From Dehalococcoidia bacterium (GTDB lineage Bacteria > Chloroflexota > Dehalococcoidia > Lucifugimonadales > UBA3495): a stretch of 64,000 nt of DNA. The position numbers and the translations under genes are program-made. This document shows positions 8,656-16,721 of the stretch, piece by piece; within the stretch, counting starts at the first letter, position 1, and every line of letters begins with the position of its first letter. The DNA lies in the NCBI GenBank assembly GCA_965115825.1, contig OZ220464.1:2901945-2965944 (forward strand), in the 5' to 3' direction. The notes beneath the pieces are model-generated. The model ran no database searches. It saw nothing but the letters and a program-made list of their open reading frames with translations, and was not told the origin of the DNA.

Positions 8656-11600
8656 ATGTACATTATGACCGCAGCACAGCCCAACGTAACGGGCTCTCCC
8701 CGCTGGGATTTAGCCCGCGGCATCGTCGCCCAGCTCCGCCAAATGCCCGCAGCCACCGCCGAAGCCGAAATCGAAGTTCGCTTGCACACAGTGTTGGGCT
8801 TTCTCTTCCCTACTCTCAAATATCCCGACCTCGCCACCCAGTACCCATCCGGCGACGGGCCCATCGACATCTACTGCCGCAACGTAGTCTTTGAAACCAA
8901 ACGCCAGGGCCGAAAAGACGACGCCCGCACTAAACCCGACGGCTCTACCGAAACCCCGGAAGAGCAAGCCGTCCGTTACTTGGACGCCCTTACCGTCCAC
9001 CCCACTACGTTTGATGATATCGCCGTCGGCTGGCGCGCCGCCATCACTGACGGCAAAGAATGGAGCTTTTACGATTACCGCCGCAACTCGCCTGATGTGG
9101 GAAATCTGACCCTGATTAACACGCTGCGTTTGAATACGCCCGATGATGACGAAACACTGCTGGCATACCTCTACGATTTCGTCAACCGCACCGCCAAACT
9201 GCTGCCGCCAACCAATAACGCAGAATGGGCCGAGCGACTGGTGCAGCCCTTTATCGCGCTGGCGGCAAGCTACGAAAGCACGTCGGAATACAGCGTTAAG
9301 CAACAGCTTTGGGAAGGCGTCCTGCGCGGCGCATTTATCATCCCGCCCGATGACCCCGACGCCAAACGCGACCTCTTCGCCCGCCACACCATGTTGGTAG
9401 TAATCGCCCGCGCCATCGCTGAAACCCTGCGCCCCCGGGGACTGCGGCAAACCGGACGGGAACCGCTGCATCACACCCTCACCCAAGGCTTCTCGGCATG
9501 GTTGCTTGATGCCGCCGGTAGCGACGGCGAAGCAGCCGTGGCCGCCTTGGTGGAAGAGGTCGATAATTACGCCTGGCTCGCAGCTAACCGGGATACCCTG
9601 AAAGACCTGTACCACATCGTCATCTCCCGCGATATTCGCCATGACTTCGGGGAATATTATACGCCTGACTGGTTGGCTCGGGCAGTCTGCGAAGAGGTTC
9701 TAGATGCGGACTGGCGTAAGGAAACCATCGAGATGGCTGTTGTCGGCCAATTGAATGGTCCCGCAGTTCTGGACCCGTCATGCGGCTCCGGCACATTCCT
9801 GTTTCACGCAACCCAATTACTGCTGGAAGATGCCCGCCAGCACCCCGAGCTGGTGCAAAGCCCTCACGCGCAAGTCGAAATTGTCAACGACTTGGTGGCC
9901 GGCATTGACCTGCACCCGGTCGCAGTAGAACTTTCCAAAGCAACTAAAATGTTGGCATTTGGCGAGCTTGCTGCGTACTACGCCAACATCGCCGACCACG
10001 ACACCGTATATCTGGGTGATAGCCTGCAATGGGAAACCCGCCGCAGTCAGCGAACCGGAGAGATGGGTGGAACTGTGGATATTCCCACCGTCGAGACGGA
10101 CGCGCCCATCCGATTGCCCAACACTATTTTGGGACTGGAACGGTTCCCTCAATTGTTGGCGCAGATATTTGGCCACGCCAATCGCCCGGAAACCCCGGAT
10201 AGCGAATCCAATCTACTGGCGCTGTTGAGCTTAACAAGCCAGTCTGACCAAGAAGCGGCTGTCGAACTCTATCGGCGTATTCGCCAGTACATTGCCAGCG
10301 GCCGCAACAATGTATGGCAGTGGTACGTTGCCAATTTGGTGCAGCCCCTGCGTCTGTCCGAATCGCCGGTTTCACGCTTGGTGGGCAACCCCCCCTGGGT
10401 CGTGTACAACGCAATGTCCAACGAAAGACAGGAGGCTTTTCGGCGTCACGCCATTGACCGCCGCCTCTGGGCCGGAGCTCACTTGGCTACACAGAACGAT
10501 CTGGCGGCCACCTTTGTCGCTACCTGCGTTGATTACTACCTGCAACCGGGTTGCAAATTCGCCTTCGTGCAGCCTTACGCTGCTTTACAAGCGCGTCACT
10601 GGGAACCTTTCCGCTCCGGAGAATGGAGCTTGCCTCCCGAGGCCGGACGCTACCGTACATTAGCAGACCTAAGCTTGGAAGCGTGGGATTTACTCTCCAT
10701 CAACGCCCCACCGTTCCCTCAGGCCAATTCCTCGGTAATCTACGGAACCAAGATCGACGCTACTAATCCCACAACGCCTACACAGCCAGTACCGTTAGGT
10801 AACATTTGGGTTGCCGCCACCACTGAGTCCGTAAATACTCGTATGACATGGGAGGAGGTGAAACCTCTCGTGCAATGGAGCCGCCGTCGGCAATGGCTCA
10901 CCGCGCCCAGCCCTCTTTACTCCACGGCTTTTCGTACTGGAGCGACTCTATTCCCCCAATCGTTGGTTCTTTTCGAGCGCGTCCAATCCCGCGCTCGCGG
11001 CATAGTCTATTTTCACACCAATCAAGGCCGTGGAGCGTATCGGGACACCGACCGCGAGGGCGCAGTCGAGGAGCAGTTTGTTAAGCCCGTTTTGTTTTCT
11101 CAGCTGCTGTTGCCCTTCGGTACGACAGGGAGGTATTACCTCGTCGCTCCATTTACAAAAGATGGGACCGGCCTAATTGACGATTTGCCACCGGGCGCCG
11201 ACGCAGAGAGGTTTCGTCAATACTGGAACGCGGCAAATCAGGAGTATATTGACCGCAAGGGCGCAAGGTCGCCGCTCAATCTAACCGCCCGACTAGACCG
11301 CGGACGCGGCCTCTCATCGCAACTTAATCTACGTAGCGACTCCAAGATAGTGTACAACGGTATCGGAAATTACATTAATGCTTCCGTTGTACCAAGCTCT
11401 GACATAGTCAATCACAATCAGTACTGGTTCGCCCCTGCGGATGCTGACACGAACCACTATTTAGCTGCCATACTGAACGCCAGCTGCTTGTTGCACTTCT
11501 TTCAAGAGGCTTGTCAGCCAACAGATAGAACTTTCATGCTTCTCCCCGTCCAAAACCTCCCCATCCCGGCCTTCAACCACCGAATCCCCCATCATCGCAA

Positions 11601-11775
11601 CCTCACCGCCCAATCCCAACTCGCCCACCGGCGCGTCGCCGCCCTGGTTGCCGAACGTCAAGCCGCCAACCGCCGCATCAACCGCAACGACGTCCTGCAA
11701 GACCACGTCATGCAGCCCATCTTTGCCAGCATCGACCAGTCCGTCCGCGCCATACTCCCCAACTTCTGCTCATAA
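8656..11775 (+). CDS. Single-polypeptide type IIG/IIL-like restriction-modification enzyme (PD-ExK nuclease + gamma-class N6A MTase + large C-terminal region)
   Basis: N-terminal D-X8-E-X-K (PIDIYCRNVVFETKRQG), YYTPDWLA, SAM motif VLDPSCGSGTFLFHA, catalytic LVGNPPWVVYN. No separate R or S gene nearby. Confidence 0.7.
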   Translation: MYIMTAAQPNVTGSPRWDLARGIVAQLRQMPAATAEAEIEVRLHTVLGFLFPTLKYPDLATQYPSGDGPIDIYCRNVVFETKRQGRKDDARTKPDGSTETPEEQAVRYLDALTVHPTTFDDIAVGWRAAITDGKEWSFYDYRRNSPDVGNLTLINTLRLNTPDDDETLLAYLYDFVNRTAKLLPPTNNAEWAERLVQPFIALAASYESTSEYSVKQQLWEGVLRGAFIIPPDDPDAKRDLFARHTMLVVIARAIAETLRPRGLRQTGREPLHHTLTQGFSAWLLDAAGSDGEAAVAALVEEVDNYAWLAANRDTLKDLYHIVISRDIRHDFGEYYTPDWLARAVCEEVLDADWRKETIEMAVVGQLNGPAVLDPSCGSGTFLFHATQLLLEDARQHPELVQSPHAQVEIVNDLVAGIDLHPVAVELSKATKMLAFGELAAYYANIADHDTVYLGDSLQWETRRSQRTGEMGGTVDIPTVETDAPIRLPNTILGLERFPQLLAQIFGHANRPETPDSESNLLALLSLTSQSDQEAAVELYRRIRQYIASGRNNVWQWYVANLVQPLRLSESPVSRLVGNPPWVVYNAMSNERQEAFRRHAIDRRLWAGAHLATQNDLAATFVATCVDYYLQPGCKFAFVQPYAALQARHWEPFRSGEWSLPPEAGRYRTLADLSLEAWDLLSINAPPFPQANSSVIYGTKIDATNPTTPTQPVPLGNIWVAATTESVNTRMTWEEVKPLVQWSRRRQWLTAPSPLYSTAFRTGATLFPQSLVLFERVQSRARGIVYFHTNQGRGAYRDTDREGAVEEQFVKPVLFSQLLLPFGTTGRYYLVAPFTKDGTGLIDDLPPGADAERFRQYWNAANQEYIDRKGARSPLNLTARLDRGRGLSSQLNLRSDSKIVYNGIGNYINASVVPSSDIVNHNQYWFAPADADTNHYLAAILNASCLLHFFQEACQPTDRTFMLLPVQNLPIPAFNHRIPHHRNLTAQSQLAHRRVAALVAERQAANRRINRNDVLQDHVMQPIFASIDQSVRAILPNFCS

Positions 11776-12020
11776 GCCACAACCCACCCACACCGCCATT
11801 CCGCCAAAACCCGCAACCCGCGGCGCAACCCCCATCCTGAAAATCCTAAAATCCCGTAAATCCTGATTCTGACAAATTGATGACATCCAACGCTTGCGAA
11901 ACCGTACGCCAGTACTTTACCCTATCCCCGTCAGGCTCATCCGCCGGCCCCGCGCGAACCGTCGGATAACCGTCCCTGGCCAGGACACCGCCCGACACCA
12001 CAACTGAATAGGAGTCTCAC

Positions 12021-12258
12021 GGGGTTCAGGACATCACGGTCTAATCCGCCGCATCCGTACTGTGCGGCATGTCGGATCCATTGCACCACTGTGGTGCGCC
12101 GGAGGTCGGTCACATTACCCGGCTGGCGCACTCAGCACGGCGGGCGTCACCACCGCTGCGCGAGGACGGGCACTGCGCAAGCAGCCGTTAGCACGCGCAA
12201 GACTAGGACGTAAATAGCAAGCACGCTCTCGGGCCGTAGCGCCGACATCCTGAACCCC
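12021..12258. ncRNA. Candidate structured RNA core of element copy A (strand unresolved)
   Basis: Nested helices: 12021-12031/12248-12258 (11 bp), 12069-12075/12242-12248, hairpin 12048-12053/12063-12068, 12094-12100/12125-12131, 12147-12152/12194-12199. All inter-copy differences fall in predicted loops or junctions. Confidence 0.5.
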
Positions 12259-12311
12259 CAGGAACCCAACCAAAAATCCACCGACCGACCAAAAGGAGAG
12301 AAACAACCACC

Positions 12312-12371
12312 ATGAACACCGCCAACCCCAACCCCACTACCCGCGCCCCTCCCAAAGGCGCCGCAACATAA
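12312..12371 (+). CDS. 19-codon small ORF MNTANPNPTTRAPPKGAAT (conserved in copy B as a 17-codon ORF)
   Basis: Versus copy B: 4 nucleotide differences, all third-position synonymous, plus a 6-nt in-frame indel (NP). AAGGAGAG upstream, although the spacing to ATG (~11-13 nt) is long. Confidence 0.5.
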   Translation: MNTANPNPTTRAPPKGAAT

Positions 12372-12392
12372 GCGAAAGGCCCGATGCTGCGC

Positions 12393-12398
12393 TATAAT
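12393..12398 (+). promoter_or_regulatory. TATAAT -10-like hexamer upstream of the S9 peptidase gene
   Basis: Exact TATAAT 43 nt before ATG 12441. No convincing -35. Confidence 0.25.
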
Positions 12399-12440
12399 GG
12401 CAACGTCTTTCACGTCTTTCCCGCACGGAATGAGATTGCT

Positions 12441-14510
12441 ATGCCGAACCCCATAGGGCCCGACCTCTTTCGCCGCCTGACCACTGCAAGCGACCCCGCC
12501 ATCACGCCGGACGGCCGCCGTTGCGCTTACGTGTTGAACTGGTTTGACGATGCGGTGTCGGAAAGCCGCTCGCGCATCTATTTGGCGCGGCTGGACGCGG
12601 GCGACGGGAACGGTATGCCGCAGTCGTTGCCTTTCACCCGCGGCAACTCCGATACCCACCCCCGCTATTCTCCCGACGGTGCGATGCTGGCCTTTCTGCG
12701 ATCCGACGCACGGGCGTTAGTCCGGCGGCAAGTGTGGCTGATGCCATCGGACGGAGGCGAGGCCGCGCAGCTGACCCATCTGCCCAACGGCGTCCGCGAA
12801 TTCGCCTGGGCTCCGGACTCGGCCCGGCTGGCGGTGGTGGCCGATGTTTGCCCTCATGATGTTCTCCCCGATAAGGACGCCGCCGCCGCGGAGCCGGCAG
12901 TGCGCGAAGTTCGCCGCATCCGCTACCGGCACGACGCATTAGGATGGCGGGGCGACTGCCACTTCCACTTGTTCGTGGTGGACGCGCGCACGGGCGAGGC
13001 TGCGCAAATAACCGATGGCGATTGGGATGACACCGCGCCGGCCTGGTCTCCGGACGGTTGCCGCATCGCATTTATATCGGGACGGTCGGAATCCCGAGAT
13101 GTTACGGCATCTAACGAGGTGTACGTGATGGATGCGCCACCAGCCGGCCAATCCGCGCCGGAGCCGATCCTGTGGTCGCAAGGGCTAACCGACACGGCGG
13201 CGGTCACATGGTCTCCCGACGGGCAGCGACTGTTAGCCGCGGGCGGACACGATGAAGAGCTGATGACGCTGTGGCAAGCCTACCTGTACGTGCTGGAACC
13301 CGGCCAGCCGCCGCGCCGCATCACCAACGACAACATTCGGCCCTGTCTGGGCTATCCCGGCATCTACCCGCCGCTGGAACTGCGCTGGACCGCGGATGAC
13401 GATGGCGGAGATGGCCGCATCTTGTTTCTTGCCGACGCTGCCGGCGAAACGCGGCTGTACACCTTGGAAGCGCCGTCCGGCGACGGCTTGGGCAACCTTA
13501 CGCCGCTTACCTACGGGGGCGAACTGCTGTCGGGAATTTCCATCAATGCGGACGCGCGCCGGGTTGCGCTGACGGCATCCTCCCCCTCCGCGCCTTCGGA
13601 TCTGCACTCTGTCGCAACGGACACCGGCCAACGACGGCGGCTGACCGGGCACAACGACGCCTGGCTGGCGGAGTGCTCGTCGGCAACTATGGAAAAGTTC
13701 ATCGTGGAGCGCGACGACTTTGACGTTGAGTGTCGGCTGTACCATCCGCCGGGCTTTGACGCCGGGCAAAAGTACCCGCTGATATTGGAGATCCACGGCG
13801 GCCCCAACGGAGCATTCTACGACTCTTTCGTCCCCTGGCATCAGGCGCTGGCGGGAGCCGGCTACCTGACCCTGGCGGTGAACCCGCGAGGTTCCTCAAC
13901 CTATGGCGAAGAGTTTGTCAACGCTGTGCTGGGCGATTGGGGCGGCGAAGATTACCGGGACCTCATGGCTGCGTTGGACGCCGTGTGCCAGCGGGATTAC
14001 GTGGACATCCGGCGGTTGGGCGTCCACGGCTATAGCTACGGCGGCTACATGACGACGTGGGCAATTGGGCATACCGCACGGTTCCGCGCCGCAGTAGCCG
14101 GCGCGCCCTGCATCGACCTGTGGAGTATGTACGGCACTTCGGACATCTCCACCGGGTTTGGCGAGACCCAATGGGCCAACCGGCTCGCCGGCGGTATGTC
14201 AGTCAGCCGCCCGCTGGCGGACGAACTGGCCCAGGGAGTGGACAGCCTGGCCTACCGGCTGCTGCAACGCTCCCCCATCACCTTTGCGCCGCAGGTGGAA
14301 ACGCCGGTATTGCTGCTGCACGGAGAGGACGATGCACGCTGTCCCATCGGGCAGAGCGAACAGTATTTTCAGGTGATGAAACGCTTGGGGAAAGAGATTG
14401 AGATGGCGCGATTCCCTGGCTGCAGCCACGGATTCCTGCGAACGGGACACGTGGCTCTGCGGCAAGAGTACCTGGAGCGGATGTTGGAGTGGTTCGGTCG
14501 TTGGCTGTGA
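12441..14510 (+). CDS. S9-family serine peptidase (prolyl oligopeptidase / acylaminoacyl-peptidase type, beta-propeller + alpha/beta hydrolase)
   Basis: GYSYGGYMT nucleophile motif, LLLHGEDDARCP and GCSHGF catalytic Asp/His regions, WD40-like PD40 repeats N-terminally. ATG 12441 preferred over 12384. Confidence 0.88.
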   Translation: MPNPIGPDLFRRLTTASDPAITPDGRRCAYVLNWFDDAVSESRSRIYLARLDAGDGNGMPQSLPFTRGNSDTHPRYSPDGAMLAFLRSDARALVRRQVWLMPSDGGEAAQLTHLPNGVREFAWAPDSARLAVVADVCPHDVLPDKDAAAAEPAVREVRRIRYRHDALGWRGDCHFHLFVVDARTGEAAQITDGDWDDTAPAWSPDGCRIAFISGRSESRDVTASNEVYVMDAPPAGQSAPEPILWSQGLTDTAAVTWSPDGQRLLAAGGHDEELMTLWQAYLYVLEPGQPPRRITNDNIRPCLGYPGIYPPLELRWTADDDGGDGRILFLADAAGETRLYTLEAPSGDGLGNLTPLTYGGELLSGISINADARRVALTASSPSAPSDLHSVATDTGQRRRLTGHNDAWLAECSSATMEKFIVERDDFDVECRLYHPPGFDAGQKYPLILEIHGGPNGAFYDSFVPWHQALAGAGYLTLAVNPRGSSTYGEEFVNAVLGDWGGEDYRDLMAALDAVCQRDYVDIRRLGVHGYSYGGYMTTWAIGHTARFRAAVAGAPCIDLWSMYGTSDISTGFGETQWANRLAGGMSVSRPLADELAQGVDSLAYRLLQRSPITFAPQVETPVLLLHGEDDARCPIGQSEQYFQVMKRLGKEIEMARFPGCSHGFLRTGHVALRQEYLERMLEWFGRWL

Positions 14511-14579
14511 GGCGCTGCAACGCCAGCCAGCGGTGAGCGACCGTGATAGAATAGGAATCAGAGGCAATGGAGCGCGCAA

Positions 14580-15782
14580 ATGACCGTCCATCACGAAATC
14601 GCAACCGTTGAAGACTTGGAACGGATCCTCGACGAGCATCCCGAAATAAGGGAGCGTATCCGTCGCAAGTTGCTCACGGACGAGGAACGCGCACTGCCCG
14701 GCATCGTAGCGCAATTGGCTGAGGAATTGCGACGCCTCACCCAAGTAGTAACCGAAGGCTTTGCCCAAGTGCATCGGGAGCTCGACGAGCTAAGGAGCGG
14801 CCAGCAAGGGCTGCTGGAACGCCAACAGCGGCTGGAAGAAGGTCAGCAAGGGCTGGTGGAAGGCCAGCAAGGGCTGCTGGAGCGCCAACAGCGGCTGGAA
14901 GAAGGTCAGCAAGGGCTGGTGGAAGGCCAGCAAGGGCTGCTGGAGCGCCAAGAGCGGCTGGAAGAAGGCCAGCAAAGCCTAGTGGAAGGCCAGCAAGGGC
15001 TGCTGGAACGCCAAGAGCGGCTGGAAGAAGGTCAGCAAGGGCTGCTGGAACGCCAAGAGCGGCTGGAAGAAGGTCAGCAAGGGCTGGTGGAAGGCCAGCA
15101 AGGGCTGCTGGAACGCCAAGAGCGGCTGGAAGAAGGTCAGCAAGGGCTGGTGGAAGGCCAGCAAGGGCTGCTGGAACGCCAAGAGCGGCTGGAAGAAGGT
15201 CAGCAAGGGCTGGTGGAAGGCCAGCAAGGGCTGCTGGAGCGCCAAGAGCGGCTGGAAGAAGGCCAGCAAGGGCTGGTGGAAGGCCAGCAAGGGCTGCTGG
15301 AACGCCAACAGCGGCTGGAAGAACGCCAACAACAGTTCCACGAGAGCCTCGAAAATCTGCGCGGTACAGTGCTGGAGCAAACTGCCGCTCGCCGGTTGTT
15401 GCCTCGTATCACCCAGGAGCTTCGGCTCCGGCGACCCCAAATCATCAAGAGCTTGGACATGGCTATGCCGGTAACCTTGCTGGACGCTCTGGACAAGGCC
15501 GCGGAAGAAGACCGCATTACAATAGATATGGCCGCCGCCGTGGCCGTAACTGACCTCATAATGCAGGGAGTATCCCGAGACGACGCCACTCCCGTCTATG
15601 TGCTCGCCGAAATATCGGGCACGCTGAACCATCACGACATCGCCCGAGCTCAAGAAAGGGCAGCAGCGTTGGAAACCGCTACCGGCCAACGTACCTTAGC
15701 GGCAGTAGCGGCCGTTGTCATACCGGAGGCTCAGCGAGGCCGCGCAGCGGCTGCCGGCGTATCTACGTACTTGCTGAGCTAG
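14580..15782 (+). CDS. Coiled-coil heptad-repeat protein with a globular C-terminal domain (possibly restriction-endonuclease-like fold)
   Basis: ~25 heptads of LLERQ(Q/E)R-LEEGQQG-LVEGQQG. The C-terminal ~130 aa are non-repetitive (..VTDLIM..VYVLAEISGTLNHHDIARAQERAAAL..). Confidence 0.7.
   Translation: MTVHHEIATVEDLERILDEHPEIRERIRRKLLTDEERALPGIVAQLAEELRRLTQVVTEGFAQVHRELDELRSGQQGLLERQQRLEEGQQGLVEGQQGLLERQQRLEEGQQGLVEGQQGLLERQERLEEGQQSLVEGQQGLLERQERLEEGQQGLLERQERLEEGQQGLVEGQQGLLERQERLEEGQQGLVEGQQGLLERQERLEEGQQGLVEGQQGLLERQERLEEGQQGLVEGQQGLLERQQRLEERQQQFHESLENLRGTVLEQTAARRLLPRITQELRLRRPQIIKSLDMAMPVTLLDALDKAAEEDRITIDMAAAVAVTDLIMQGVSRDDATPVYVLAEISGTLNHHDIARAQERAAALETATGQRTLAAVAAVVIPEAQRGRAAAAGVSTYLLS
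14799..15323 (+). repeat. Tandem coding repeat, 63-nt unit built from three 21-nt sub-units (~8 units, one 42-nt unit)
   Basis: Near-identical units ggccagcaagggctgctggaacgccaa(c/g)agcggctggaagaaggtcagcaagggctggtggaa read directly in the sequence. Confidence 0.9.
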
Positions 15783-15866
15783 CGCCTGTCAGTAGATAAT
15801 GCTGGCGACTGCCATCGGCATCGGCGTGGCGCTTCTGGGAAGGAACAGATGCAAGGAGAAAGATCT

Positions 15867-16088
15867 ATGGACATCCAAGAACTGGCCGACAAACTGCGCG
15901 AAGTGCACGACAGAGCCCCGGACGGAGAGAAAATGCTCCACATGCATCTGTTCGGGATAAAATACGCCGCTGAACTGTCGCGCTTTTCGACCGGAGCCCT
16001 GGTTAAGAAGGCCGGCATTCAGCCTTCTTACAGAGCTGAAATCACCAAAGGGCGGAATTTATCTCAGTACGTTGAACTGAAAAAGTAG
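15867..16088 (+). CDS. Hypothetical small protein (73 aa)
   Basis: AAGGAGAA SD 7 nt upstream of ATG 15867. No family recognised with confidence. Confidence 0.5.
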   Translation: MDIQELADKLREVHDRAPDGEKMLHMHLFGIKYAAELSRFSTGALVKKAGIQPSYRAEITKGRNLSQYVELKK

Positions 16089-16183
16089 AGGGTTCGTTCT
16101 GCCCGACTTGGACTTGAGGGCGCGGCGCCGGTAGCGATATTTCTCTACCCCAACGGGCGATTGAAGCTGCTTCACGGCCTCCG

Positions 16184-16614
16184 GTGCGGAGAATGTTATT
16201 TATGGCGGGTGGAACAAAGGTGCCGCCCGACTTGGAGAACCTGCGCAATGCCGTTGCCAGTCTCGACAAGGCCCTGTCGCTCAGTCAGTATCCGGACTTG
16301 GTCGGTAGATTTGGACGTAGCTCTGGACCCGCTGCTTCGGATCGACGGAATCAAGAAATTTCGAATTCGCCTATGAATTGTCTTGGAAGCTCATCAAGCG
16401 ATGGCTGGAGGTTAATGTCAACCCCAGTGCCGGAGACGGGGTTACCCGGCGCGAGCTTTTCCGGCTAGGAGCTGAGAATCGCTTGCTCGATGACGTTGAC
16501 CGCTGGACGGAGCATCACTCTGCGCGCAACAATACGTTGCACATCTACCGAGAGGCTCTCGCTAACGAAGTTCATGCGGCGATCCCCGCTTTTCTGGTCG
16601 ACGCCCGACTATGA
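16184..16614 (+). pseudogene. HepT-like / HI0074-family nucleotidyltransferase-substrate-binding toxin gene, disrupted by two frameshifts
   Basis: Homology runs through three frames: LENLRNAVASLDKAL..SQYPDL, then DVALDPLLRIDGIK, then NFEFAYELSWKLIKRWLE...ARNNTLHIY. The second shift sits in the aagaaattt A-run. Confidence 0.65.
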
Positions 16615-16721
16615 TTCGAGCGCCAATCAGTCCGCCTTGGTTGGGATGCCGCTGGCTGCGCTCAGAGTACCGGCCCGTCGGTGCGCGATGGATCCTCCGC
16701 ATCTGAGACATAGCTACTTTA

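Larger units (their letters stand above)
11826..12383 (-). repeat. Copy A of a ~560-bp duplicated element (inverted relative to copy B at 60218-60778)
   Basis: Manual alignment of the reverse complement with 60218-60778. The core and sORF part are near-identical; the outer third (~11874-12010) is clearly more diverged. No transposase, no terminal inverted repeats. Confidence 0.85.

Noticed and set aside
8710-9642. 310-aa ORF antisense to the type IIG-like gene. Similar long antisense or off-frame ORFs occur at 16749-17687, 22616-23614, 49112-50038, 51607-52485, 55106-56374 and 33978-34928.
   Set aside because: All overlap genes with clear family motifs on the other strand or frame, lack RBSs and recognisable motifs, and are expected by chance at this GC content.
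12021-12258. Structured core as tmRNA, RNase P RNA, SRP/6S RNA or a group II intron fragment
   Set aside because: No tRNA-like 3' end or CCA-proximal acceptor pairing and no alanine-rich tag ORF. No GGAAAGUCCGG / ACAGAACCCGGCUUA RNase P signatures. No GUGYG 5' end or domain V consensus. Being duplicated upstream of two genes also argues against single-copy housekeeping RNAs.
14799-15323. 63-nt tandem repeats as a CRISPR array
   Set aside because: The units are contiguous with no unique spacers, they stay in frame within a 400-aa ORF encoding heptad repeats, and no cas genes are present.
2226-16700. Possibility that the R-M genes, coiled-coil gene and HepT remnant form one contiguous defence island or prophage
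   Set aside because: They are separated by clearly housekeeping genes (hydrolase, trpS, S9 peptidase). No integrase, tRNA attachment site or phage structural genes are present.
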